Part shown: piece by piece, positions 38,551 through 49,700 of the stretch
Layout of the letters: every line of letters starts with the position of its first letter
Numbering within the stretch: the first letter of the stretch is position 1
DNA from: Nitrospirales bacterium
GTDB taxonomy: Bacteria; Nitrospirota; Nitrospiria; Nitrospirales; UBA8639
Reading direction: 5' to 3'
Assembly (NCBI GenBank): GCA_031315865.1
Contig: JALDRJ010000002.1
Location: forward strand, 701,147-765,146
Length of the DNA stretch: 64,000 nt
Notes under the pieces: generated by a model
Databases searched by the model: none
What the model was told of the DNA's origin: nothing
Seen by the model: the letters and a program-made list of their open reading frames with translations, nothing else
Position numbers and translations under genes: made by a program

Positions 38551-40347
38551 TTAAGACGCACTCAGGGGCGACAGGCCATTCGGAATTCCATTGGAGAAGA
38601 CAATGAGTACAGCTTCTTGAAGAGCTTCCGGGAAATGATTGTAGATATATTGAGGCTGCAGACGATCTAACTCGTGTAAATCTTCCAGGACTTGCTTGGA
38701 TCGATCAGAGAGGCCTGCAACCAACACGGCCACCGATCGACGATTGGCGGCTTCAATCAGATCTCCCAGCGCGTAGGCCCCGGAAAGATCAAGCTCATCC
38801 AGCCATTGACATCGAATCAGCAACACATCTTTCCCATCAAGATGCTCAACGGCCTCATTCAACCAGTCAATCGCGCCAAAAAACAATGGGCCGTGTGGTC
38901 GAACGATCAGAATACGGTCCTGAATCAGATGTTCGAGTTTCCCGCTCATCTCCCCCAGGTCAACAGTATCCTGCGCTTTGAATTGTCGGCTATAGTCTCG
39001 AGAAAAGGCAAAAAGCAGATCATCTTCTTCCTGCTTCACGTCATCAGCCCGACGATCAAGGTCCGCCTTATAGCGGTCCGCCATGTCTTTCACGAACCGG
39101 AAAAAGGCCATCGCAAGGCCCATCGCCATCGCAGCCAGCAAATTCCAGAAGACCGTCATCACCACGACCAGAACAAACACGACAAAATCTGATCGAGGCA
39201 ACCGACGCACAACCGGCAGGACACGCATATCCAAGATATCGTACCCCGCCTTCATGAGAATACCTGCCAACGCCGATAGTGGAATCTGCGAAGCCAGTGG
39301 ACCTAACCCCATGACGAGCGACAAGAGGACAACCCCGGACGTAATAGCAGACAGACGAGTCTTGGCTCCACTCTGAATATTCACCACACAAGGCATCGTA
39401 TTGGTCGCTCCGCCCAATCCACCAAAAAGTCCTGAAAAGATATTCGCCGACCCCTGGGCAATCAATTCTTGATCACTGTGGTGATGTGTTCCGGTCATGT
39501 TGTCTACGATCAAACACGTGAGCAGACTATCGAAGACACACAACCCCGCAAGCACGGCGGCTGGAACAAAGGCCGCTTGGATGAGATCAATGTGTGGAAG
39601 ATGAAGGTCAGGCAATCCGGTGGGTATCTCTCCAATCGTCGGAATATCCAGACCAAGAAGCCACACGGCAGCGGTACTCACCACCAGCGCCACTAATGGA
39701 CTTGGGAGCCAGATCACAGGTGATATCCGCGGCCAAACGATGAGGACGACAATCGTCATGGCCCCAATGCCGAAGGCCGGCACACTCATCTGGGCAAGCG
39801 CGCCCGGTAAACTGGTCAAGGCAGAAGAAATGCTTGAGGCGCCCGCGAGCCCAAGAAAAGGGTTAATTTGGAGTAGAATATACAGAACGCCCAGACCGGT
39901 CATAAACCCGGATATCACCGAGTACGGGGTAAATCGGATAAATTGACCGACTTTACCGAGCCCCAGCACGATAAGAATAAGGCCTGCCAACACGATCGTC
40001 GTAAAGATGAAAGCGAGGTCTGGCGTCCCTTCCGGTGTCTGATGGGTCTGCGCGATGGTTAAAACTTGAATCGTGATGGGCCCAGTCGGCCCCCCAACTG
40101 CCCAAGGCGAACCGCTCAATGGTCCGGCGACGAGTCCTGCCGCTACAGCGGACCATAGACCGGATATCGCTCCCAGCCCTGAGGCGACACCAAAAGCTAA
40201 CGCCATCGGCAAAACGACCATAGCGACCGTAATGCCTGCCAGGATATCTCCCTGAATATTGGTGTTCAGATCGCGAAGATTAGGGCCAATATTGAATTCC
40301 GAAAAATACGACTTTACCCCAATCATCTTTGGTTTCTTAACTTCCAT
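38551..40347 (-). CDS. SulP-family anion transporter with C-terminal STAS domain
   Basis: The N-terminus contains DILAGITVAMVVLPMALAFGVASG. The body is polytopic. The C-terminal ~130 aa is STAS-like. Confidence 0.9.
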   Translation of the reverse strand: MEVKKPKMIGVKSYFSEFNIGPNLRDLNTNIQGDILAGITVAMVVLPMALAFGVASGLGAISGLWSAVAAGLVAGPLSGSPWAVGGPTGPITIQVLTIAQTHQTPEGTPDLAFIFTTIVLAGLILIVLGLGKVGQFIRFTPYSVISGFMTGLGVLYILLQINPFLGLAGASSISSALTSLPGALAQMSVPAFGIGAMTIVVLIVWPRISPVIWLPSPLVALVVSTAAVWLLGLDIPTIGEIPTGLPDLHLPHIDLIQAAFVPAAVLAGLCVFDSLLTCLIVDNMTGTHHHSDQELIAQGSANIFSGLFGGLGGATNTMPCVVNIQSGAKTRLSAITSGVVLLSLVMGLGPLASQIPLSALAGILMKAGYDILDMRVLPVVRRLPRSDFVVFVLVVVMTVFWNLLAAMAMGLAMAFFRFVKDMADRYKADLDRRADDVKQEEDDLLFAFSRDYSRQFKAQDTVDLGEMSGKLEHLIQDRILIVRPHGPLFFGAIDWLNEAVEHLDGKDVLLIRCQWLDELDLSGAYALGDLIEAANRRSVAVLVAGLSDRSKQVLEDLHELDRLQPQYIYNHFPEALQEAVLIVFSNGIPNGLSPLSAS

Positions 40348-41122
40348 CTACCTCAGCCCAACATGCTGGATACAGATCTCGAATACGACAGAGCGCTTAC
40401 CGCATCATGACAACCTTTTATCATAAGCAAGGAATTCTCCCGCCAGTAATTCGTAAAACGAAATAGACCTTAACAAATCTACCGAGATGGAATATAAAGG
40501 AAAGGCTACGGAAAAAAGAAGAGACGAAACACGTGGAAGAGAGTGAACCTGGCCCTTGGGAAGTGGGAAACAACTACACGCGAGAAAGTACAGCCCAACT
40601 GATTAACACTAATAGTACAAAGCTTTCCATGTTGATCGCTCCAATCTGTATGAAGAACAATCGAGCCGTCTTTCAATGTTAAAATAGAGCAATCATGATG
40701 CCAGTTTAAGTTTCGGCAAAAAACCCATGCTAATCAGCGTTTTCCACACATTTCCCTTCGACTTCCAGATAAAAAATCAGCAGATTCGAGCGAATCCACA
40801 CGTTCAACTCTGTTCACTATCGCTCAACGCACGAGCAATAAGAACTTCTCTCTCGACTAACATGGCACTCTTAGGATAAAAGACTGCAAAACGTCACTCA
40901 GGGAATGATCACAGGTAAAGCAGGAAAAACTGTGAGCCTTTCAATAAACGGTAGAATTTCTTGAGAAGAGTCGGCTGAAGGAAAAGACGAGGAAAAACTC
41001 AAAGCACGAGCAGAACAATGAGGCAAGAGAGTTTTCAGGTATGACTTGAGTCGCTTGTAAATAAAGGTCCTACCGCAAACAGCTCAGCAGACTTGTTATC
41101 TTGTTGTTGTTTTGACCGACTA

Positions 41123-41218
41123 TCATTTTCTTCTATCGGCGCTCGGACAGCAGTGAAGACTGGTTCCTACGATAAGACCGATAAACCCGATGATGACTAA
41201 ACCGTAGATCGGGTCCAT
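41123..41218 (-). CDS. 31-aa hydrophobic micro-protein (candidate)
   Basis: It is too short for the track. The ATG has AGGAG 8 nt upstream. The peptide is MDPIYGLVIIGFIGLIVGTSLHCCPSADRRK: one TM helix followed by a CC pair and a basic tail. Confidence 0.35.
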   Translation of the reverse strand: MDPIYGLVIIGFIGLIVGTSLHCCPSADRRK

Positions 41219-41654
41219 GCTGTCTACTCCTATTGATGTTGGAGAGTGAATCTCCTCATGGTCCAATTTCGAACACATTCGCATTCCTTAGGAGTCGTTT
41301 TCAAGAAAGATGTATAACGACTTGACTTATAAAAGTTTATTGATAGAGTCCACTGTTCTAGCCAGGGATTCTTACCTCATAATTGAGCGAAACTGCGTAG
41401 TCGAAGACGTTCAAATTCGCACATCATTTATAATTAAAGGATGAGGTACAGGAAGGCCTAGTATGGGGGATGGCGCGTCAAACAGCATTTTCATAGAACG
41501 AAAAAGGCGAACAATTATATAAGATTTATACTTCGTAAATAGGCATAGGATCTGCAATGGATTCATTTCGGTACGGAAACTCCTGCCCTAATTGCTCGTA
41601 CAAGACCCCTAGACAAGCAGTGACAATCCATATCAATGAATTCAAGAGTATGAC

Positions 41655-43595
41655 ATGCAAATAACGGCGCCCATATTACGGGCCTTTGGCAATATCCCGA
41701 TCGAAAAGAAGCTCCTCCTTGTTTCTATCATTCCGATTATTACGATTTTCACTCTCAGTGTGATCACCTATCACCGTGTTCAGACATTCGCGGAAGACGA
41801 AGACCGGCTGAACCACATCTATCACGTCCAGACCACAGCAGCGGAATACTTACGACTGATCGTCGACCTGGAAACAGGCTTTCGAGGCTTCGTCTTAACC
41901 CAACAACCAAAATTTTTAAAACCTTATCTTTCCGCCAAAAAACGTGTCCTCCAAGTTGGTCAGTCTCTCGCACAAATGGTCAAGAAACGTGAAGACCAGC
42001 ACATGCGCATCCAGCATGTCCAAGGGTTGGTCCAACAATTAATGGGTGATAAGGATCAACTCATTGAACGTGCCAAACAGGGGAATACCCATGATGCGGT
42101 GGCCTATATCGAATCCGGAAGAGGACGCACCTTCATGCTCAACATCCGTGAGGACATTGCCCATTTCGATCGATTGGAATTTAATCAACTCCAGCAAACG
42201 CTGGCTAGGACATCGGAGGATCGTTCCTTTTTACTGGGTGTCATCATCGGTGGTGGATCACTCGCCTTACTTCCCATGGTGCTTGTACTCAGACTCCTGG
42301 CGAGATCAATCGTGGGTCCACTCTCGACGCTTGCCAAGGAGGTGGAAAGTCGATCAGAAGAGTCGATCCCAGAAGTTATGACTCTTGACCGGAAAGATGA
42401 GATCGGAAATTTAACTCGAGTGATGAGTAACATGAGTCAGCAGCTTCGAGACTACGTAGAGCGTATTAAGAACTCTGAGGCAGAGCTACGCTCGCTGAAC
42501 ATCGATCTCTCCTTATCAGAATCAAAATATCGTGGAATCGTGGACCATGCCCCATTCGGAATTTTTACAGCCTCTGGGGGACAGATTATTTTTTGTAATC
42601 GACACAACTGGATCCTCGCTGGACATGAACCAGATGTACAGTTATCTCCTGAAACTATGTGGGATGCCGTCCATCCAGACGATAGGGATCACGTACTTCA
42701 GCATTTTAAAGAAACTACTTCTCAACATCAGCCATTCGAACAGGTTTTTCGATTTCTTCACCCAAACGGCGCGGTTCGAAAAATTTTATGCCGCGCCATA
42801 CCCATCGAAGACAAAGATGATGACGACGTCCTCTATCAAGGATTTAACGTGGACATCACCGCGTTAGAACAGATGCGGGAAAAACTAAGTCGGGCCGAAA
42901 GGCTGGCGACATTGGGGCAGGTTGCGGCCGGTATCGCGCATGAAATCAGAAATCCTCTGGTCGGCATCGGCTCGACTACCACATTGCTCATGGAAGACTT
43001 CGAGCAAGATGACTCGAAGATTGCCGACCTCAAAACCATCCTGAACGAAACACGTCGCCTGGATCGGATCGTGAATCAAATCGTCGAATATGCCAGGCCT
43101 CGTGATCTGGTCTGGGCCTCCTTTTCCATTAAAGAATTGATAGAAGAAAGTCTCGACTTGCTCAGGGACCCCATCAGATTGAAGCAGATTCAAGTGGATA
43201 ACGAAGTTCGAAACCTCGATAAAGCCCTGTGGGCCGATCGCGACCAAATTAAACAGGTCTTGCTGAATATTTTTCAGAATGCGATCGAGGCCATGCCTGA
43301 AAAAGGCACGCTGACCATACAAGGAACACAAGACAGGCGAGGCGGTGAGCTGGGCGTGTTATTAACGATTACCGATACCGGGAAGGGCATCGCGGCGGCT
43401 GATTTAGCCCGAATCTTCGACCCCTTCTTCACATCAGGGAAATATCGTGGAACCGGCCTCGGCCTTGCGATCTGCAAGAATATTCTGGAAGCCCATGGGG
43501 GAGAAATCAAAGCAGAGAGTCAACTCCATTCTGGAACCATCATGTCGGTTTGGTTGCCCGTCGTTCATCAACCTCAATTTTCCATGGTGACATAA
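41655..43595 (+). CDS. CHASE3-HAMP-PAS sensor histidine kinase
   Basis: The order is TM helix, a CHASE3-like periplasmic helical region, a second TM helix, HAMP, PAS, H-box AHEIRNPL, then an ATPase domain (DTGKGI, GTGLGLA). Confidence 0.85.
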   Translation: MQITAPILRAFGNIPIEKKLLLVSIIPIITIFTLSVITYHRVQTFAEDEDRLNHIYHVQTTAAEYLRLIVDLETGFRGFVLTQQPKFLKPYLSAKKRVLQVGQSLAQMVKKREDQHMRIQHVQGLVQQLMGDKDQLIERAKQGNTHDAVAYIESGRGRTFMLNIREDIAHFDRLEFNQLQQTLARTSEDRSFLLGVIIGGGSLALLPMVLVLRLLARSIVGPLSTLAKEVESRSEESIPEVMTLDRKDEIGNLTRVMSNMSQQLRDYVERIKNSEAELRSLNIDLSLSESKYRGIVDHAPFGIFTASGGQIIFCNRHNWILAGHEPDVQLSPETMWDAVHPDDRDHVLQHFKETTSQHQPFEQVFRFLHPNGAVRKILCRAIPIEDKDDDDVLYQGFNVDITALEQMREKLSRAERLATLGQVAAGIAHEIRNPLVGIGSTTTLLMEDFEQDDSKIADLKTILNETRRLDRIVNQIVEYARPRDLVWASFSIKELIEESLDLLRDPIRLKQIQVDNEVRNLDKALWADRDQIKQVLLNIFQNAIEAMPEKGTLTIQGTQDRRGGELGVLLTITDTGKGIAAADLARIFDPFFTSGKYRGTGLGLAICKNILEAHGGEIKAESQLHSGTIMSVWLPVVHQPQFSMVT

Positions 43596-43597
43596 AT

Positions 43598-44986
43598 ATG
43601 CGTGCCACAATTTTCGTGACTGATGATGATGAAGTGGTTCGGTCTTCGATTACTCGACGACTCGCTCGACGACAGCATCAAATCCGTAGTTTCGAATCCG
43701 GTGAGGCCTTATTGGATGCTCTGGATCATGATGTGCCGGATATCATCCTCCTGGACCTGAAAATGTCCGGCATGACGGGACTGGAAACTCTCCAAAAAGC
43801 CAAGCCCAAAGCCCCGCATGCCTTATTCATCCTTTTGACGGCCTATGGAACGATCGAGGATGCCGTAGAAGCCATGAAATTGGGAGCCTATGATTTTTTA
43901 ATCAAAAGCGTCGATCTGGGCAGCATCGATCCAGTGATCAACCGGGCATTAGAATACCTGGAACTCTTAAGGAGAATGCATTTTGAAGTCAAAGACGTGG
44001 CCGATCGGTATGCGCTCAACAATTTGATCGCAGAGAGCCCAAGCATGCAGGGGTTAGTTTCTCAGATCCAAGACATGACGCAAAATCATAAGACGACGGT
44101 CTTACTGCAAGGAGAAACTGGGACCGGAAAGGAATTTATCGCTCGCGTTCTCCATCACAATGGGCCTCGTCGAAACGGAACATTTGTGGGAGTCAACTGC
44201 ACAGCCATTCCGGAAGAGCTATTTGAAAGTGAGCTATTCGGCTATGAACGCGGGGCCTTTACGGGAGCGAATCAACGAAAGCCAGGGCTCTGTGAACAAG
44301 CTGAAGGGGGAACCTTATTCCTCGATGAAATCGGAGATATGAATATTTCCATGCAAGCCAAGCTCCTTCGCGTCTTGCAAGAACGTTCCATTAAACGACT
44401 GGGAGGTCGTGATGAAATCGCGGTAGATTTTCGTCTCATCGCGGCTACCAACCATGATCTTCGCAAACAAGTCAGCGATGGGCATTTCCGTGAAGACCTG
44501 TTTTTTCGTCTCAATGTGGTCTCCCTAGAATTGCCACCACTTCGTCAACGTATAGAAGACATTATACCCTTGAGTTTTCGCGCGCTCGGGCGTTATGCCA
44601 AAGATATCGGAAAAGATATTCAAGATTTTTCACCCGATGCCAGGACGCTATTGGAGAATTATCCATATCCAGGAAACATTCGAGAATTAGAAAATATCAT
44701 TGAACGAGCGGTGATCTTTTGTAAAGAAAAATCAATCATGGGTGCTGATCTACCCAAGGAACTCCACCAAACGGCAGAAAGAGTGGCTACCGCTCACACG
44801 ACCAATGACAAACAAGTGGTAAAGATTGAAATGGAAATAGGAACACATGGCCTGGTGGATGTCGAAACCGCGATCATCGATGAGGTCATGCGATTGGCTG
44901 ATGACAATAAAAGCCTCGCCGCCAAACACCTCGGCATTACTCGATTTGCCCTTGACCGCCGCCTGAAAAAGTCCCACGATTCGTAG
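43598..44986 (+). CDS. NtrC-family sigma54-dependent response regulator
   Basis: The start is at MRATIFVTDDD, 3 nt after the kinase stop. The REC domain has ILLDLKMSGMTG. The AAA+ domain has GETGTGKE and ESELFGYERGAFTGA. A C-terminal Fis-type HTH is present. Confidence 0.9.
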   Translation: MRATIFVTDDDEVVRSSITRRLARRQHQIRSFESGEALLDALDHDVPDIILLDLKMSGMTGLETLQKAKPKAPHALFILLTAYGTIEDAVEAMKLGAYDFLIKSVDLGSIDPVINRALEYLELLRRMHFEVKDVADRYALNNLIAESPSMQGLVSQIQDMTQNHKTTVLLQGETGTGKEFIARVLHHNGPRRNGTFVGVNCTAIPEELFESELFGYERGAFTGANQRKPGLCEQAEGGTLFLDEIGDMNISMQAKLLRVLQERSIKRLGGRDEIAVDFRLIAATNHDLRKQVSDGHFREDLFFRLNVVSLELPPLRQRIEDIIPLSFRALGRYAKDIGKDIQDFSPDARTLLENYPYPGNIRELENIIERAVIFCKEKSIMGADLPKELHQTAERVATAHTTNDKQVVKIEMEIGTHGLVDVETAIIDEVMRLADDNKSLAAKHLGITRFALDRRLKKSHDS

Positions 44987-45188
44987 AAGGCCAAAACTCT
45001 CGCAGGTCTGTCTTCTCAACGGCCTGTTCACTATTGGTCATACACAAACACCGCATTAAATCGGTTTCGTAAGGCCCCCCTCTTTCTTCAGCTGTGTCAG
45101 CACCTCATTTTCCAGATTCTTCAAAGGTCTGATCTATGACACATGAAGAAGGGATGAGAAAGCAAAAAAAAGTAAGCCTAAAACGATG

Positions 45189-45220
45189 CACGGCCGAGAG
45201 GGTTGCCCCCCTCGGCCGTG
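45189..45220 (-). terminator. nxrAB intrinsic terminator
   Basis: A 13-bp GC-rich stem, CACGGCCGAG(A)GGG / CCCCTCGGCCGTG, lies 40 nt after the nxrB stop. On the mRNA strand it is followed by CAUCGUUUUAGGCUUACUUUUUUUU. Confidence 0.6.
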
Positions 45221-45259
45221 TCGCTACCGCTCTGGCCCCTCGTGGCCCAGACTGCGCTC

Positions 45260-46549
45260 CTACAACCAGTTGACCCGTTCGGCCGGCCGGATGTAGATCG
45301 GCTCCTCCACCTGCTGCCGCACCGCTTCCTTGCCCGACTTGTTGAACCCCAACACGGTGTCATTGTACATCTCAAACTTCTTCCCGTGAATCATGGTTTC
45401 AAACACTTTCGGACCCGGAATCACATCATAGCGGAACAGGATCTGCTGGCTCGCCCGCCACAACTGCAGCACCGCCAACAACTCCCGACTCGGCACCAGG
45501 TACTTCTCGATCGCATTATCCACCCCTGGCCCAAACATCTGCCGCGTATACCCTCGCGGCGCCTGTCGGGGCGGGATATAGTACCCGTTCGGCTCCGTCC
45601 CCCATTGCGGGTACAGCGGCAACGCCACCTGTTCCACCCGAATGGCATAGTACAACGGATTCCACCGGTCTTCCGCCCACAGCCCATCTTCCCCTACTTT
45701 CACCAGGCTCTGTAACCGGATCTTCCCCACACAGGCCGCCATACACCGCGTCTCCATCGGCTCGCCACCGGTCAACGGGTCTTTGCCCTCCACCCGCGGA
45801 TAACACGCAATACACTTCTCCGTCACCCGCGTCGTCCCCCGGTACATCGGCTTCTTAAACGGGCACTGCTCCACACACTTCTTATACCCCCGGCACCGGT
45901 TCTGGTCGATCAACACGATCCCGTCTTCCGGCCGCTTGTAGATCGCCTTGCGCGGACACGCCGCCAAACACCCCGGGTACGTACAGTGGTTACAGATCCG
46001 TTGCAGGTAGAAGAAGTACGTCTCATGCTCCGGCAAACTGCTTCCCGTCATCTTCCACGGCTCTTCCTTCGTAAACCCCGTCTTATCCACGCCTTCCACG
46101 ATCGCTCGCATCGACGTCGCCGTGTCTTCATAGATGTTCACAAACCGCCATTCCTGGTCCGTCGGAATATACCCGATCGCCGCTTGCCCAATCTTGGCGC
46201 CCGCGTCAAAGATCGTCATCCCTTCGAACACCCCGTACGGCGCATGGTGCTTCCGCCCCACCCGCACGTTCCACACCTGCCCCCCGGGGTTCACCTGCTC
46301 GATCAACTGCGTGATCTTCACGTCGTAGAACTGCGGATACCCCCCATACGGCTTCGTCTCCACGTTGTTCCACCACATGTACTCCTGCCCCTTCGAGAAC
46401 AACCATGTCGACTTATCCGCCATCGAACACGTTTGACAGGCTAAACACCGATTAATATTAAACACAAAGGCAAATTGCCATTTCGGATGCCGCTCCTCAT
46501 ACGGATACAGCATCTTCCGTCCTAGGTGCCAATTATAAACCTCTGGCAT
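45260..46549 (-). CDS. nxrB: nitrite oxidoreductase beta subunit (4 Fe-S clusters)
   Basis: The 429-aa ORF has GGAGGG 5 nt upstream. The Cys motifs are CLACQTC, CNHCTYPGCLAACP, CRGYKKCVEQCP and CIACYPR...CMAAC. The N-terminus MPEVYNWHLGRKMLYPYEERHPKWQFAFVFNINRC is, as I recall it, characteristic of Nitrospira-type NxrB. Confidence 0.92.
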   Translation of the reverse strand: MPEVYNWHLGRKMLYPYEERHPKWQFAFVFNINRCLACQTCSMADKSTWLFSKGQEYMWWNNVETKPYGGYPQFYDVKITQLIEQVNPGGQVWNVRVGRKHHAPYGVFEGMTIFDAGAKIGQAAIGYIPTDQEWRFVNIYEDTATSMRAIVEGVDKTGFTKEEPWKMTGSSLPEHETYFFYLQRICNHCTYPGCLAACPRKAIYKRPEDGIVLIDQNRCRGYKKCVEQCPFKKPMYRGTTRVTEKCIACYPRVEGKDPLTGGEPMETRCMAACVGKIRLQSLVKVGEDGLWAEDRWNPLYYAIRVEQVALPLYPQWGTEPNGYYIPPRQAPRGYTRQMFGPGVDNAIEKYLVPSRELLAVLQLWRASQQILFRYDVIPGPKVFETMIHGKKFEMYNDTVLGFNKSGKEAVRQQVEEPIYIRPAERVNWL

Positions 46550-46628
46550 AGTTCCCTCCGTTCTCTTTGATTAATGACTAAAATTTAAATTCGGTCACTT
46601 CGTTAATTTAATAACCATTCGCGCCATG

Positions 46629-46696
46629 GGGAAGCCGGGGAGGTGCATGCAGTGCTTCTTTTCAGACGGCAAGTTTGAAAAGAGCCCCGACTTCCC
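46629..46696 (-). promoter_or_regulatory. nested stem-loop in the nxrA-nxrB intercistronic spacer
   Basis: The outer 12-bp stem pairs 46629-46640 with 46685-46696. It has one G-U pair on the mRNA strand, which would be a C-A mismatch on the other strand. The inner stem of 7 Watson-Crick bp (8 with the flanking T-A) pairs 46657-46664 with 46676-46683, with an 11-nt loop. Confidence 0.5.
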
Positions 46697-46706
46697 GCAA
46701 AGCCAC

Positions 46707-49700
46707 TTACACCTTAATCTTAATATGGTCGCCTTTGAGCCATTTGATCATGAACTCATTTTCCTGACCCGGCGTAAACCCGGTCCGAACCGGCTCCCAG
46801 GGGCCCCGCCCCCCGATCCCGCCGTCTTCCGCCTTCGTGATCCGCATCAGACATTCTTTCGGGACCGTATTGATCGCATGGTTATCCACTTGATACCCGA
46901 ATTTAAACTTCCACGCCACCGCATGTTTGCCCGGCAGCGAGTCCAACTGATGTATTGGCATCAACCAATCCCGTGTAAAGGACTGTTGCGCCCCATACCG
47001 GAAGTTCGACTGATACCCCGTATCCATCGCAATCGCCCGCCCATCCGGCCGCGTCTCATGCCCCTTCACCGACTTCGCCGTCGACACATAGGGCGCATGC
47101 TTCGCCATCGTCACATGGTACGGATACGCCGGGTTATACTTCGCCCGAATCATCAACCGCGCCACCTTGTAGTACGGGTCACTGGGCTTCCAGCCCCGGT
47201 ACGGCCGATCCACCGGGTTCCCATCGACGTAGACATAGTCCCCGTCATTGATCCCCCGATCTTTCGCCGCCTGCGGGTTCATGTGCAACTGATGCTCCCC
47301 GACGCCCGGCGTCCGTTTATCCATCCGGTAGGGGTCCCCGAAGTTCGACTCATACATCTGCACCCAGTCGTTGACCGACCACTGACTGTGCACCCGATGC
47401 CGCGTCTTCGGCGTCACACAATAGAACTGATACCCTTTCTCCCACAACGGATTCGAGTACCGCTTGATCTCCTGCCACGGCAGCGCAATGTTCCGCACCG
47501 TCTTATCATCATGGTGCTGCGCCGTGATCGGGATCCCGTAGTCATCCGGCCGCACATACGGGTTCGTCGTCATGATCGCATTCGGCAAGTACGGCGTCGC
47601 TTCCGTCCCTTCCCGGTGCGAGATGAAGTTCTCCCCATACTCAATACACTCCGGCTCGATGCGGTAATTCTCATACCGCCCCGTCCGCGTCCACTGCGGC
47701 TTCGACTCGTTGGTCTCTTCCCAGAACGGATGCCGGGGGTACGTCCGACACATCACCATCCACCCCTTCTCCGACTTGAGCATCGTATCCACACTGTACC
47801 CATACCCCGTCGTACTGGCATCCAACAACCGCTGCAGATACACATCCACCCGGTTGTCGTACACAAACTTGAAGTAATCCCGGAACCGCCCATCCCCGGT
47901 CATCTCCGTCAACTTCGCGGCTACCCCGGCCACCGTATCCAGGTCATTCCGCGTGTCATACAAGGGCCGAATGCCCCCCTTCCACACTTGGAACCACGGA
48001 TTCGACACCGTCGCCGTATGCTCCGGGTACGTAAACTCCATCCACGTATTCACCCCCATCGCCACATCGTTATGATTGACGTCCGAGGTCATCTCCACAT
48101 CCTGCGTGACTAACGTCTCAATGTGCGGATCCACGTTCTTCACCATGTCATAGTGGTGCTTCGCGTTGTTCAACACGTTCACGTTGGCCACCCACCGGAA
48201 CTTCGACGGCGTCGGCATATGCGTCTTCCCCGTAAACACCCGTCGTCCATACTTGGGCGTGTTCACGATCAACGCCGTATCCCCGTGGTTCCAATACCCC
48301 ACTTCTTCGCCGTAGTAGTACCCTCGCACATGGATCTCTTTGCCATGCACGTTCGGGTCCGTCGTAATCTTAAACGGGTCTTCCCCGGTATGGGTCCCTA
48401 AGCCCCCGCCACCCCACGGGGTCGAGTTCCAGATCCCCGCTTTGTAGTTGCCGGCCCAGGTATGTTGGCCCGTCCCGAACTTCCCGACATTGCCCGTCAC
48501 GATCAGCACCATCGCCGCACCCCGGGCAATAATCGTCTGATGGAAGTAGTGGTTCGTCCCTTCTCCGTTATGGATCGCATGGGGCTTAACCGTCCCAGCA
48601 TCCCGCGCCCAGCGCACGATCAGGTCCTTCGGCGCCCGATTGATCTGATGCACCGTATCCAGATCATAATCCTGTAAATGCGCTTGATACATCTGGAAGA
48701 TCGGCATCACATCCACTTCCCGCCCGCTCAGCAACTTCACCCGGTACGTCCCGGTCAGGGCCGATTCAATCCCACTGTTGCGATAGTGCCAGCCCACCAA
48801 CTCCCGGTGAATCGGCACCGCTTGATTCTTGTTCGTATCCCACACCATGAACCCGCCTAACCGCGCGATCTCAGCCGGGCTCAGCGTCTGCACTTTCCCC
48901 GAATACGTCTGTGAGAAGTCCGGCATCTGATACCCTTTGATCACTTCCCGCGGGTCCAGGTACTGGAGCGTATCCGTCCGCACCAACAACGGCATGTCCG
49001 TGTAGGCCTGACAGAAGTCATAATCGTACATGTTCTCATCGAAGATGATCTTTAAGGCCCCCAGGAACAACGCCCCGTCTGTGGCCGGCCGGACCGGAAT
49101 CCAGTAGTCCGCCCGATACGCCGTCGGGTTGTACTCCGGCGTGATTACCACCACGCGGGCCCCCCGCTCAATGCTCTCGAGCTTCCAGTGCGCCTCCGGC
49201 ATCTTATTCTCCACGAAGTTCTTCCCCCAACTCGTGTTGAGCTTCGAGAACCGCATGTCGTTCATGTCCACATCGGAGCCCTGCACGCCGTTCCAGAACG
49301 GATGCGCCGGGTTTTGGTCCCCGTGCCACGTGTAGTTCGACCAATACCGGCCCCCTTGCGCCTGGTTCGGCTTCACCTTCCGCACCCACGTATCCAACAA
49401 CGCCCCACAACCCCCGTTCATCCGCGTAATGCCCATCTTCCCAATCACGCCCAGGATCGGCATCCCCGCTCGGAACTTAAAGCACCGGATCGCCGAGCCC
49501 TTCGTCATCTCGATCATTTCCGGCGGATACCCTTGCTCCCGCATCCGGCGCGCCCCGGCTTCCCCACTGTACCGCTTCGCGATGATGATCATCGCTTTGG
49601 CGATGTAGGTAAACGCCGTATCCCAGCTCACCCGCAGCATATCATCCAGGTACCGCGCATTGAATTTATACATCGTCATCACGTCATTGGTGAATTCCGG

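Noticed and set aside
40863-40880. TGGCAC on the plus strand could be a sigma54 -24 box.
   Set aside because: No TTGC-like -12 element lies at the required spacing, and no gene lies downstream in that orientation for about 800 bp.
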